DNA of 64,000 bases from Savitreella phatthalungensis (Eukaryota). Shown one piece after another: positions 1-10,270 of this stretch. The stretch's first letter is position 1; every line of letters starts with the position of its first letter. Below the pieces are notes generated by a model. The model did not search any database, was not told the DNA's origin, and saw nothing but the letters and a program-made list of their open reading frames with translations. The DNA lies in NCBI GenBank assembly GCA_051599415.1, contig AP039693.1, positions 558,001 to 622,000 on the forward strand, in the 5' to 3' direction. Made by a program: the position numbers and the translations under genes.

Positions 1-36
1 CTTGCCTTGCCTTGCACTGCCTTGCCTTGCACTGCC
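1..36. repeat. (CTTGC/ACTGC)n pentamer microsatellite, possibly truncated by window edge
   Basis: cttgc cttgc cttgc actgc cttgc cttgc actgc read directly. Confidence 0.85.
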
Positions 37-261
37 TTCCGTTGCATGCATCCAGGCCCTCCTAACGAGTCCAGTCGATCACGTAGTAGCAAAGCATGTA
101 GCACAGAGCACTGAGCATCAACAGCTCGCTTTCATGAATTCGGTGACAGCTCAAGCGGAGAGACAATAACCCCGATCGACTTGACTTCTGACGCATTCTT
201 CACAGCCCTTCTTTGACAAGCACCGGACCTACCACAAGAGTCTCTCTTCTTGTTAGCTGTC

Positions 262-1482
262 ATGGGGAAGGAAGAGAGTATTCCTCTGGGGTCAGTGACG
301 GTGCGCGAGGTTGACAACCCTTACTCGCCCCCACATGCTTCATCATACCCGGCCGACAAGAAGACCGGCCTGCTCGAGGTCCCGGGCACTCCACCCTCCG
401 GCGCCGGTACGGGCAACTTCCGAAGATCTTCGCTCTTCGTGAGTAGCGATGAGCTGGACGACTACGAGGACGGTGTGGAGCGTCTGTGGTCGCGGCTGTG
501 GAACAGCATTGTGGGGCGCACGTTCATCTTCGTTCTCATCGGGACCGTGGTGTTGCTGGTGCTGCTGATCTCTGTGCCGATGTCTCCGATCAGCGTGTGG
601 ACGTCGCGTGCAAACATGCTGAACGACAGCGACTGGTTTAGTAAATCAACGAACGCGACTTCCCAGCCGGGCTACAGCTCAGACACGCTCACCTGGCAGA
701 GCGCGCTATCCGATGACCTATCCCTCAACCAGGTCTGGCTGCCTGGGACTCACGACTCGATCGCGCACACGGGCGGTGCGCAGTATGAGTGTCAGTCGCT
801 CCCGCTCTCAGAGCAACTTGCAGCAGGCGTCCGCTCGTTCGATATTCGTCTAGCCCTCAACCAGAACAACACCCTCGACGGCTACCACGGCAAGATCAAC
901 CAGGGCATCTCCTGGCCAACCATCCGTCGCACCATCTCCTACTTCCTAGGCAACCACACGTCCGAGTACGTCGTCGTCAAGGTCCAACAGGAGTGGACGA
1001 AGGCGACGCCTGCCGCCTTTGCCGCCAAGTTTTCCAACATCTCAGACACTGTGTTCTGGCGTGCTGGATGCGATCCGAATGGCCTTCCGACCGTTGGTGA
1101 CGTTCGCGGGAAGATTGTTTTCATGGCACGTGGATTCAGCGCGCCCGACGGCACATGCACGTACGATGACGTGGTCGAGTCTCAGGACGAGTACAACAGT
1201 GATGACTCGACGAAGGCTGCGCGCGTCCTCAATTTTGCAAGAGGTCTAGGTGCAGGATCTGTAGAAGAAGCGCCACACAACCACAGGTGGCGATTCAACT
1301 ACCTCTCCCTCCACAACAAGGTCGACCCACCGGCACTCGCAGCAGCCACACTAAACCTCCTCGTCGACAGCGTTACTGACACAGCAAACGCTCCACAATC
1401 AGTCATCCTAGACTACCCATCAGTCCTCGCCATCAAGACCATCATCAAGGCCAACTTCCCTCAATCTCCATCGTCAGCTTGA
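262..1482 (+). CDS. Membrane-anchored PI-specific phospholipase C (PI-PLC X domain, bacterial-type PLC-like phosphodiesterase)
   Basis: First ATG at 262. Motifs LPGTHDS, Q-L-x-x-GVRSFDIR, YHG and VRGKIV; one hydrophobic TM segment (TFIFVLIGTVVLLVLLISV) precedes the catalytic domain. Confidence 0.85.
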   Translation: MGKEESIPLGSVTVREVDNPYSPPHASSYPADKKTGLLEVPGTPPSGAGTGNFRRSSLFVSSDELDDYEDGVERLWSRLWNSIVGRTFIFVLIGTVVLLVLLISVPMSPISVWTSRANMLNDSDWFSKSTNATSQPGYSSDTLTWQSALSDDLSLNQVWLPGTHDSIAHTGGAQYECQSLPLSEQLAAGVRSFDIRLALNQNNTLDGYHGKINQGISWPTIRRTISYFLGNHTSEYVVVKVQQEWTKATPAAFAAKFSNISDTVFWRAGCDPNGLPTVGDVRGKIVFMARGFSAPDGTCTYDDVVESQDEYNSDDSTKAARVLNFARGLGAGSVEEAPHNHRWRFNYLSLHNKVDPPALAAATLNLLVDSVTDTANAPQSVILDYPSVLAIKTIIKANFPQSPSSA

Positions 1483-1598
1483 AGAGATATGAAAAGGTAT
1501 AGGCATCTGTGTAAATATTCATGTACGTAAGTGTGGAATCAAAGCGTGGTAGCCCCTAGTTTCAGACACCACTGCGGTATGGACGGGGTAGGATGGTT

Positions 1599-2783
1599 TT
1601 ACTTGCGCTTGACACCTCCATTGAGGGCAACTGCTGCTGCTGACGATGGTGTACGCTTCTGCGTGATTGTACCTGCGGCTGGAGCTACTACTGGTGCTGT
1701 GCTGTGGATGGATGAAGTTGCTCCAGGGATTCGACGACGGATGAGTGCGAGGTCGTCTTCGATATCGTTGTGCTTTGCGCCATCGAGCATCGTCCTCACG
1801 AGTTTTTCACGCTCTCGCTCGATTCTGTCTCTGGCTCGATCCTCTGCGCCGGCACCGCTGTAGCCCTTCCGCTGGCGGATCTGGTCACCCAGGCGAACCA
1901 GCATCTCGTCAAGCTGTGTCCGAGTCTCCATCACACCACCACGCCCGCCAACAGGGTACCGCGGACCACCCACCCCGACCACACCGTTCCCAAAGCCAAA
2001 ACCATCTCCAAACTCAGTCCCACCACCGAGCATCGGACTGCCAGGGTGAACAGGTAGTCTGTGTCGGAGCTTGCGAGAGCCTGTGGCCGAGGCGGCGTCG
2101 TCGTCGTCTGCGGCTGCGCCGGCTTTTGTGAGAGCTACGAAGGGTGTGGTGCTGCGGTCGATGGGTGCGGTGTTGCCGTTTGTGGGTGGTTGTGGAGCGG
2201 TTGTGGTGGTGGTGGCAGTGGGGGCGGCTGCGGAGGTGGTGGAGGTTGCCTGGGTGCGTGTCGCGTGTGGGTTGGATGAGCCGCCGACGAGGTAGGATGC
2301 GCCAATGTCAAGCATACTCTTATCCTGCTCCAGACGCCGCCGCTTCGCCTGCAGATGAGCCACAAGCTCGTGTCGCAGCGCAGACCGCGACTCCTCGTAC
2401 TCCTTGTCAGCTGCAGCGACCTCCCGGTCATAGTCCTCCCGCGCAGCGCCAAGTCGCGTGTTGCCTTCCTCGCGCGCAATGTACAGCTGCTCGTCACGGA
2501 TGTCCCGCAACTCGCTCACCTCGGACAGGTAGCCCGGGTGGGAGGAGTCGTGTAGTCGAGACAGGTCTTCCTGCAACTGCCGTAGCTGGATAGCAAAGTG
2601 GTGATCTTTCCGCTGGACAAAGTCGTTCGTCAGAGCGTTCAGCTGAGCCAGCAATGTCGACTTGCGACCTGTGATCGCTGGTCCACCTGCACTGCCGCCA
2701 GGGCTGCCTGTCCGGTCTGCTCCATAAGGATCGGGAGACTCGCTGTCATGCGACCTGTTGGCTGCCTGGGTGAGGACGTCCAT
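1599..2783 (-). CDS. Sds3-like family subunit of the Rpd3L/Clr6 histone deacetylase complex
   Basis: First ATG at 2783. Coiled coil 'QLRQLQEDLSRLHDSSHPGY...EYEESRSALRHELVAHLQAKRRRLEQDK' and C-terminal 'DIEDDLALIR' resemble Sds3/Dep1/BRMS1 proteins. Confidence 0.75.
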   Translation of the reverse strand: MDVLTQAANRSHDSESPDPYGADRTGSPGGSAGGPAITGRKSTLLAQLNALTNDFVQRKDHHFAIQLRQLQEDLSRLHDSSHPGYLSEVSELRDIRDEQLYIAREEGNTRLGAAREDYDREVAAADKEYEESRSALRHELVAHLQAKRRRLEQDKSMLDIGASYLVGGSSNPHATRTQATSTTSAAAPTATTTTTAPQPPTNGNTAPIDRSTTPFVALTKAGAAADDDDAASATGSRKLRHRLPVHPGSPMLGGGTEFGDGFGFGNGVVGVGGPRYPVGGRGGVMETRTQLDEMLVRLGDQIRQRKGYSGAGAEDRARDRIEREREKLVRTMLDGAKHNDIEDDLALIRRRIPGATSSIHSTAPVVAPAAGTITQKRTPSSAAAVALNGGVKRK

Positions 2784-3405
2784 GGCAGATCTGACCACTA
2801 AAGATATATACGCCGGTGAGAAAGAAACGATTGGATGAGTTTGGTAGCTGATTCAATGGAAGGTGTCTGCGCAGTCCTTGTTGACCTAGAGAAAGGGCAG
2901 ACTTCGAGTGCTGAACCCTCATATCCAGACATCCAGATCTGTTCTGAGTGACCGTGATCCGAAATGAGTATTCAAACCACGTGATAATTCGATCGATCAA
3001 ATGTTTGATTTGGCTGGCTGGAGGTCACGTGTACGCAGCGCTTTGGAAAATCTGTCTAGAGCCACCCTGACGCGCATTCAGAAGATATAGTCTGTAGCTC
3101 GGGCTACACCGATCACCCTTCTCGTAAAGATGTTCGTGACGATGAAGCTCAGACGTACAATGCTGAACGACTCTCATCGTTCGCTGGGCCTGACTACCAT
3201 CTTGGCGGATCGACAGAGATAAATTTGATGGCCTCAAACGTGATGGCACTTTCCCGCACATGCCCGAGATGCTTCATTCGGAACTCATAGTAAATGCGGA
3301 ACGTGAAGCCGGTCACATGGCTAACAATCCGAGAAACGCCTGATTACAAAAGCCATACAGCTGCCTTTGCAACGTATCGTGTGGGAGACTCTCAGACAAA
3401 GGATC

Positions 3406-3810
3406 ATGATACTGCTGCTTGGATTGTTATTTCCGACTGTGATTCTAGGATTAGAGACAACGGATACTCAGGCGCTGGTCTGCCTGACTGGCAGCGGTGA
3501 AGCCAGTGCCGATGGTGTTCATGCAGTCTCGAAAACTCGAATGGAGACGCTGATTGATGCTTTTAGAGCTGACGACGGTGACAAGTCGCTCAAAAAGCTC
3601 AAATGGGCAGACTGTCTCGATCGAGGTACTGAAGAATGGGACTGTACATTCATCGGCACAGACAGCGAGGCTCAATTCAAGGATACTGCTACCGGCGTTC
3701 GCGTCACAATAGGGCTTGACGAGGATGACTTCCGCTTCAAAGTAATTGAAGCATCGATGACAACTGGATATGACTTTAAGGAATGCGCCATCTCCGCCGA
3801 CTATGAATGA
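3406..3810 (+). CDS. Small secreted 4-Cys protein, array member 1 (most divergent, acidic), 134 aa
   Basis: ATG 3406 gives signal peptide MILLLLGLLFPTVILG; Cys contexts ALVC, ADC, WDCTF and ECAI align with the neighbouring paralogs. Confidence 0.75.
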   Translation: MILLLGLLFPTVILGLETTDTQALVCLTGSGEASADGVHAVSKTRMETLIDAFRADDGDKSLKKLKWADCLDRGTEEWDCTFIGTDSEAQFKDTATGVRVTIGLDEDDFRFKVIEASMTTGYDFKECAISADYE

Positions 3811-4287
3811 CATATCAGCCATAGCGTTCCATTCCATCCGATCCCCGACCCCACATGAGAAATTGGATGCTTGCGCTGAATGTGGTCAGCAGTGTGAATG
3901 AATGCCCGGAAATGCATTCGGAAGGGTACGCAACAGTGACCTGCTGGCTCGATGGGAGATGAAGAACGTTTCAAGCAAAGATCATACCATGATGATGACG
4001 AGAGAATTGGCAGCAATATGGTCATTTCGCACGTGCATGGCGCGTCCGGCGGCAACGTGGCAACAGCATGACGGCAAACACACTCTCAGCCTATAACCCA
4101 AATTGTTAAGCTCATGATCGTCTTCGAATGAAGGTCTTTGACAGGTTAGGTTTAAGTCGAATGGTGACCAGGTCCGGTCGGTCGCTTAGTCAAGGTCGCA
4201 GATCAAGGAATGGTTGTGGCCGTCATGGGAATCACGCAACCACGATCCTGCTGAAGTCAACTGGGAAATGCTCTCGGTCCCGGCAAT

Positions 4288-4293
4288 TATAAA
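4288..4293 (+). promoter_or_regulatory. TATA box of array member 2
   Basis: TATAAA 84 nt upstream of ATG 4372. Confidence 0.6.
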
Positions 4294-4371
4294 GAGCCCG
4301 AGGATAATGCGGGAGCTGTCGGACATCTGACACCTTGCTCAACACCGTGGCTGTGATCTTAGCGGCTGAAT

Positions 4372-4914
4372 ATGAAGGCCAGCTTGATCCTCTGTCTCAT
4401 GGCCTCCAGCGTTCTCGCGCGATCGCACAGCACACCAGCTCTTTCAGCTTCCCCTCAATCGTCTTTGCCTGGAAGCTACACGCCTAGCTCAACGCCGAAG
4501 CGAAGAACGGCATCGACACCGCTTCCGTCAGCTAAAGTGAGCGCAAGCAGTACGGCTATAGGATCTGGAAACAACTCGGGTTCATTCAGCCTGAACGACG
4601 ATGAGGCATTCGGATGCAGGGTAGACACGAAGCCGAATTGGACCGCCGCAGTGTTTGGTATCGCATGGCTGGAAGACGAAGTCAAGCGCCTCAAGGCCGA
4701 CAGACAGTCCGGTCAGGTCTGCAAGCTCCTCAGCAACAATAATCAAATGTCCGCCACAGCTTCTGTCTACACCTGCGTGTACGAAGACTCCCTTCACTGG
4801 AAGCTCACCCTAGACCCGAGTAGTTCACGCGCGCAAGTCAGCGACCTTGGCTTCTATGACAAGAAATCCGGAATATCGGGCACAGACTGCCTGATTGCCA
4901 AGCAATTCCGATGA
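4372..4914 (+). CDS. Small secreted 4-Cys protein, array member 2, 180 aa, Ser/Thr/Pro-rich N-terminal linker
   Basis: Signal peptide MKASLILCLMASSVLA; EAFGCRV...QVC...YTC...LTLDP...DCLIA; TATAAA at 4288. Confidence 0.85.
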   Translation: MKASLILCLMASSVLARSHSTPALSASPQSSLPGSYTPSSTPKRRTASTPLPSAKVSASSTAIGSGNNSGSFSLNDDEAFGCRVDTKPNWTAAVFGIAWLEDEVKRLKADRQSGQVCKLLSNNNQMSATASVYTCVYEDSLHWKLTLDPSSSRAQVSDLGFYDKKSGISGTDCLIAKQFR

Positions 4915-5227
4915 ACATGTCTCTGCGAGTCTCCAAGAGTTGCTGTCTATCCAAATCTTGACTGATTCTCGCTTCTAGCTACTGATTTGCCCCTGTGAAG
5001 TGGTCTCTCAAGCAACACGTGGATCTGTCTCAGATGTCCCCGTGAAGATCATAGAGATCTAGACACAGACACATGATATTTTGTACTGACATGCCAGACC
5101 TCGAGTTGATGATTCTGCCTGATGCGGCTTCAAACCCTGGGGTCGAGTCGAGATCGAAGAATGACGCGTGGCGACAGACTTCATTTCCGAACGGCGCGTC
5201 GATATCTGTCAAGCTACAGATGGCGGG

Positions 5228-5234
5228 TATATAA
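5228..5234 (+). promoter_or_regulatory. TATA box of array member 3
   Basis: TATATAA 66 nt upstream of ATG 5294. Confidence 0.6.
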
Positions 5235-5293
5235 CACGACCTCCAGTCTGCTGACGATACAGCCAACTGACCATAGAGTCTAAGGCATCTGCG

Positions 5294-5770
5294 ATGAAGC
5301 TAGCTCTGTTGATCAGTCTTGTTACGGTGGCTTTTGCACGGACAGTCAAGCCATCTGGCACCGGTGTCGATGACAGCATTGGCCGTTACAATCCTCAGAG
5401 AAGTGGCCAGACTACTCCGGTTTCACAATCTCAGCCTGAATCGACAGCTCAATCAACCGACCCATCTTCACTCAGCGGTGATGGTCGTCAATGGGAGCTC
5501 TACGATAACTCTGCCGCTGGATGTCGCGTTGGCAAGGGCGGAAATACGACGGCATCGCTGAGTCAAAGCGCCGTCGACGCTGAAGCCAACAAACTGAGTT
5601 CAGGTGATTCGAGCTCACAGTGCAAAGGATCGAAAGCACCCTACAGATGCACATTCGATGGGGTCATGCATCTCACCCTGTCGGTTGACCCGACTCGGAT
5701 CACGAACGTCTCTTACAAGGGCAAGTACGGACAATCGTCTGACTGCAAAGTCGCCTCAAAGTATACGTAG
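5294..5770 (+). CDS. Small secreted 4-Cys protein, array member 3, 158 aa
   Basis: Signal peptide MKLALLISLVTVAFA; WELYDNSAAGCRV...QC...YRCTF...LTLSVDPTRI...DCKVA; close paralog of member 4. Confidence 0.9.
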   Translation: MKLALLISLVTVAFARTVKPSGTGVDDSIGRYNPQRSGQTTPVSQSQPESTAQSTDPSSLSGDGRQWELYDNSAAGCRVGKGGNTTASLSQSAVDAEANKLSSGDSSSQCKGSKAPYRCTFDGVMHLTLSVDPTRITNVSYKGKYGQSSDCKVASKYT

Positions 5771-6128
5771 CGGACCCTTCAGTTACGGCAAGATGGTCCA
5801 GATCGATCGTGCGCCATGACGCGGGAGCTGTGCGTGCAGTTGACGTACTTCTCAATGCTCATACACCTCCTCCTAATCTGCCAAACCCTGATCTTATCGT
5901 CTTGCAAAGCATTCCAAGCTGACTCACGGAAGCACGTGGAACAGCACCCATACACGCGACCATTAGATCTGTGGCATTCTTCATCTGCGAGTCTCTGACA
6001 CGAGACGCATACTCACAAGCCCATGACAGCGCACGGCGCTCACAGCCGAAGCGACGAGATTCGAGCCCTGGCATTGCTAGGTATGTAGTACAGTGATGAG
6101 TGGCATCAGGATGTTGATCGGTCGAAGA

Positions 6129-6134
6129 TATATA
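6129..6134 (+). promoter_or_regulatory. TATA box of array member 4
   Basis: TATATA 61 nt upstream of ATG 6190, preceded by GGTCGAAG. Confidence 0.55.
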
Positions 6135-6189
6135 TCCAGGTCGTCTACAGCGAATTGTCATCGTTTGCTGCCTCTTTTCTCAGTCAGAC

Positions 6190-6642
6190 ATGAAAGCGTC
6201 GCTAATCATTAGCCTTCTAGCCACTGTGCTGGCGCTTCCATCGCCGCAGGGCGGAGGTTGGACGCCCTGGTGGTTTAAGAATTGGTCAGGTGGCCCTCCT
6301 TCATCGACAATCCCATCGTCCTCCTCATCTTCGTCCTCTACCTCGTCAGACGGCAGGTCATGGGAGCTATACGATGATTCTGCAGCTGGCTGCCGAATTG
6401 GAAACGGTGGACAGACCACGGCCTCCCTTGGCGCGCAGGCCGTTGACTCCGAAGCAGAGAAGTTGAGCGCAGGCAAATCAAGTTCGAAATGCTCAAGCTC
6501 AGGACAACAGTACAAATGCACTTTCGGCGGTGTCATTCACCTCACCTTGACTACCAATCCAACTCGGATTCACAGTGTTCTCTATGCGGGCAAGGACGGT
6601 ACGAGGTCGACAGATTGCAAAGTAGCTAAACGATTCTCATAG
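6190..6642 (+). CDS. Small secreted 4-Cys protein, array member 4, 150 aa
   Basis: Signal peptide MKASLIISLLATVLA; WELYDDSAAGCRI...KC...YKCTF...LTLTTNPTRI...DCKVA. Confidence 0.9.
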   Translation: MKASLIISLLATVLALPSPQGGGWTPWWFKNWSGGPPSSTIPSSSSSSSSTSSDGRSWELYDDSAAGCRIGNGGQTTASLGAQAVDSEAEKLSAGKSSSKCSSSGQQYKCTFGGVIHLTLTTNPTRIHSVLYAGKDGTRSTDCKVAKRFS

Positions 6643-7194
6643 ACGTTGGTTTCAAGAACGAAGCCTCCATGGCAAGCTCAATTTGATTCATTCCCGACAG
6701 AACCGATGTCAAGTCTAGCGAGTATTCGACCTTGGAGGTTCCTCGCCACACGAAACAATCTTCCCAGCTAATCGCGTCAGTGTGTGAAGCATGATACATC
6801 CTCCTATCGCAGAGACACGCGCAGGCTGTGTAGATGTTTGCCCGGCATCGCCTCGAACACGACGATTAAATTTGCCACATTAGGCTTAGCATGTATCGGG
6901 GTCCAGTATCTGATGACGCTCTGCCCAGGCTGGGGGGAACCCCACACACAAAGGTCGCAACATGGTCAGATGACTCATTCGGACCGTCGGGATCTGCGTC
7001 TGAAGTCTTCGGGAGTGCTTCACATCGGAATGTAGCGGACGAGGTTTTGGCTTCGTCGCAGACGGGTCTCAAGCTTCGTCCTCAAGGTCGTTGATACGTG
7101 CCGGTGCTTGCGAAACGAAGGCTTGAGGCATTTCGGTGGCGAAACGCTCGTCTGTGGCCGGAGACCACAGAACGAATGGAGGTCGAAGATCGGG

Positions 7195-7200
7195 TATAAA
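7195..7200 (+). promoter_or_regulatory. TATA box of array member 5
   Basis: CGGG-TATAAA-GA 95 nt upstream of ATG 7290. Confidence 0.6.
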
Positions 7201-7289
7201 GACCTGTCTGGCCCCTACTCTTGAAGGACCAACAATCGGTGTTCGAACAACTCATCAACGGACCGAGAACAATCTAACCAACCACCAAG

Positions 7290-7682
7290 ATGATGATGCT
7301 TCCGCTCGCCCTTATCGCTGTCGCCAGTCTCGTTGCGGCTCAAGAGCAGGACGATTCGCTTGCTCTCCAAGACGGCGAGGTGATTGCGTGCGAGGTCGAC
7401 GATGCGGACGGCAACGAGTACGGCGTTGCTTCGCTGCTCAAGAGCGAGTTCGATCCTGAGGTGACAAAGCTCGAGCAAGATGGCCAGGGATCTGGCTACT
7501 GCACGCCGGCTGAAGGCTCAAGCGGTGCTCCCGGCGCGCTTCCGTCCAAGTACGATTGCGACTGGACCGGCTTCAAATTCTCCCTCACCCTGGACCCGAC
7601 CACCATCAGCAATGCGACCTTCGTCGACCAGAGCGACGACACGCTCAAGAGCTCCGAATGTGTCGTCGCCGACAACCCCTAA
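7290..7682 (+). CDS. Small secreted 4-Cys protein, array member 5, 130 aa, strongly acidic
   Basis: Signal peptide MMMLPLALIAVASLVAA; EVIACEV...VASLLKSE...YC...YDC...LTLDPTTI...ECVVA. Confidence 0.9.
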   Translation: MMMLPLALIAVASLVAAQEQDDSLALQDGEVIACEVDDADGNEYGVASLLKSEFDPEVTKLEQDGQGSGYCTPAEGSSGAPGALPSKYDCDWTGFKFSLTLDPTTISNATFVDQSDDTLKSSECVVADNP

Positions 7683-8301
7683 AGAGATCTCGCGCTTTGC
7701 CTCATCAGGCTAGGATAGCTCAATGCAATTCCTCACTCACTTCCGCTTGCTTGTTTGTCACCATATCGCGTGAAGTCGCGAGGACGCGAACTAACTGTGT
7801 CTACCATCTGCTCGATCAGGCGCTCGGTACATGAGACATGATTCATCGAGTGCATACGCGTGGGCCTTAGCATGTATGTTATTGCCTTATTAGACTCAAA
7901 TGATGGAGCTCCAGACGACTGCCCTGCAAATCCCTGTCAGACAGCCATGATATTCTAGATTTGCCACCGATTCAATCTCGGACATACTTTGACAGGAGAC
8001 ATCTGAGACAAAGAGGATATTCATGTCATCAGATACTTGGCATCGTCCACGAGTAGCCTGTCATAGCTGACCCATACATCTGAAACCCTGATCAATAAGC
8101 AGGAAGCGCAGGACGTACCTCGATCTGCATTCCTTCTCGCTCTGCCCCGTCTCTCAGGACGCAATGGTATGAGGCGTAGTCAGCGTGGGGGTCATCGAGA
8201 ACGAAATGATACATGCCCTGCTCGACATCTGGCTTACCCAATCAGGGGATATCGGTGACTCGAGGATTGAACTTCGGGTCGAAGGCTGAGGAGAGAACGG
8301 G

Positions 8302-8307
8302 TATAAA
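8302..8307 (+). promoter_or_regulatory. TATA box of array member 6
   Basis: CGGG-TATAAA-GA 71 nt upstream of ATG 8373. Confidence 0.6.
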
Positions 8308-8372
8308 GAGACGTGTTTTCCGAGCTTCTTCCGCGATCATTCACTCGTTCAACCGACATCAACACTGATATA

Positions 8373-8789
8373 ATGTTTACACTGCTCCTGCTTTCTGTGC
8401 TGCCGCTGGTTCTCGGCAAAGGTCCCAAATCATACCAGTCGAGTGATCCGCTTACACTGCTCGACACGGAGGTGATTGCGTGCAAGGTGCCTAGCGACGA
8501 TGGTCAGACCTACAACGTCGCACACCTGCTCAAGAGCGACTTCAAGGGCGACCTGTCGAAGTTGAAGAAGGGTAAAGCGACGAACGATTGCCCTGCCAGC
8601 GACGCCTCGAGTGGCACTCCTCAGACTACAGGCACCACCAGCTCGACCGCTTCAACCTTCAGCTGCTCTCTCACCGGCTTCACCTTCACCTTCACAAGCA
8701 ATCCGGTCGCCATCACCAATATCGCCTTCACCGACCCGGACAACACAAACCTCGTCGGTACCGGTTGCATCGCGGCCACGAACCTCTAG
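8373..8789 (+). CDS. Small secreted 4-Cys protein, array member 6, 138 aa
   Basis: ATG 8373 gives signal peptide MFTLLLLSVLPLVLG; EVIACKV...VAHLLKSD...DC...FSC...NPVAI...GCIAA. Confidence 0.9.
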   Translation: MFTLLLLSVLPLVLGKGPKSYQSSDPLTLLDTEVIACKVPSDDGQTYNVAHLLKSDFKGDLSKLKKGKATNDCPASDASSGTPQTTGTTSSTASTFSCSLTGFTFTFTSNPVAITNIAFTDPDNTNLVGTGCIAATNL

Positions 8790-9202
8790 ACACAAGTTTT
8801 GCAATGCCAATCCCATCTTTATTCCATCCAATACGCCGAATAGTTCTCATCAGCCGGAGAGAATGCATCTAGATCGCGTCCTACTGAAATGCCAGCCAGG
8901 ATGAGCTCACATGCTTGCCATGTGGTCTTACATGGCGACCCAGATTACATATTTGTTGATGCGCTATACTGCACGATGCGATGATGGTCTCTGCGCGAGA
9001 GAATATGAGATAATCAACGCGAAGCCAAGCCAGGACATGCCGATCGATGAGTCAACAGCGTACCATGTCAGCGCACGCTCGACAAGTTCGTGGTCGCGAC
9101 AACGTGAGATATCTCCTTTGATAATTGAGCAACATACTACTCGGCAGCATCGTGGTGGCGAGAAGGTGGGATCTTCCCCCGATGGACGTCAGGGCAGAAG
9201 GC

Positions 9203-9208
9203 TATAAA
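9203..9208 (+). promoter_or_regulatory. TATA box of array member 7
   Basis: TATAAA 52 nt upstream of ATG 9255. Confidence 0.6.
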
Positions 9209-9254
9209 GGATCGGCGCTGTGGCATATTCGAATAACAGTCAAAACCATCCGGC

Positions 9255-9698
9255 ATGATCAAAATCCTGCTGCTGGTGATTGCTTCTATGCCGCTCGTCC
9301 TCGGTGAGGAGCCGATCGGGTACCCGGCTTCGCAACCACTGTTTCTGGAGACGTACGAGGCGATCTCTTGCAAGGTGCCGGTCGGCGACGCGGGCACATA
9401 CAACATTGCGCATCTGCTGAAGAGTGAGCTCGCGCCTGAACTGGATAAGTTGAAGCGTGGCAAGCCGGGTGCTTGGTGCAAGCCGACTGCGAGTCGCATC
9501 GGAGACTCGCATGTTCGGATCGTGAAGTCAAAGAGCAAGCGCGCTGCTGGCACATCATCCACCACTTTCTCGTGCCACAATGAGGCATTTACCTTCACCC
9601 TGACACTGAACCCGACCACCCTCAAGGATGCATCTTTCAAAGACCCGAACGATCCCAAGAACGTCAGTACACAGTGCCTGACGGCAACTGATCTCTAG
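9255..9698 (+). CDS. Small secreted 4-Cys protein, array member 7, 147 aa
   Basis: Signal peptide MIKILLLVIASMPLVLG; EAISCKV...IAHLLKSE...WC...FSC...LTLNPTTL...QCLTA. Confidence 0.9.
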   Translation: MIKILLLVIASMPLVLGEEPIGYPASQPLFLETYEAISCKVPVGDAGTYNIAHLLKSELAPELDKLKRGKPGAWCKPTASRIGDSHVRIVKSKSKRAAGTSSTTFSCHNEAFTFTLTLNPTTLKDASFKDPNDPKNVSTQCLTATDL

Positions 9699-10205
9699 CA
9701 CACATTATCTCGAATGCCGGACTCATCTTTGTCCAAGACGGTCTTCCTGCAATCAATCAAGATTGGCGACTCGTGTGCTCGTCGTGTATAGTGATAGTGA
9801 TACAAGCACGCGAGCGCGTTTGACATATGTGTCGTGATAAGGGAGATATCGAGGCCTGAGCGCGGCTGTCTCGACGTACAGTATGATAGATGTTGTGGAC
9901 GTGTTCATTGACATGCACCATGTGGAGCAATTGATAAAACACATCAGGTGGCGCTGGACTGAGAGGACATTGCGCCTCTGCGTGCTTGCTCGAAAAGTGC
10001 CACAGCATAAACGACCACTTCATTGCGGCCGCTGTCGAGAGCCGCCTCATCTCGGAAGTAAACGCGTCACATACCAATAGATGACGTTCGGAATGAACTT
10101 GGTCACGAGGGATATCAGAATGAGTGCGGGCGGTTGACCACGCTCGCAGATTGTCGCGCCTCGTGCCACGCCGTGTCGGGAAACGAAAGGTCACTGCTTG
10201 GAAGG

Positions 10206-10211
10206 TATAAG
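10206..10211 (+). promoter_or_regulatory. TATA-like box of array member 8
   Basis: TATAAG 65 nt upstream of ATG 10271. Confidence 0.5.
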
Positions 10212-10270
10212 AGTGCTAGGGTAGAACGCGACGAGTCTGCGACATAGGTGACGTTCACACCTGGACTAGA

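Noticed and set aside
3810..10270. Frequent GTGGC/GCCAC 5-mers in the array's intergenic regions
   Set aside because: By eye only about twice chance expectation for a 5-mer; not supportable without a statistical test.
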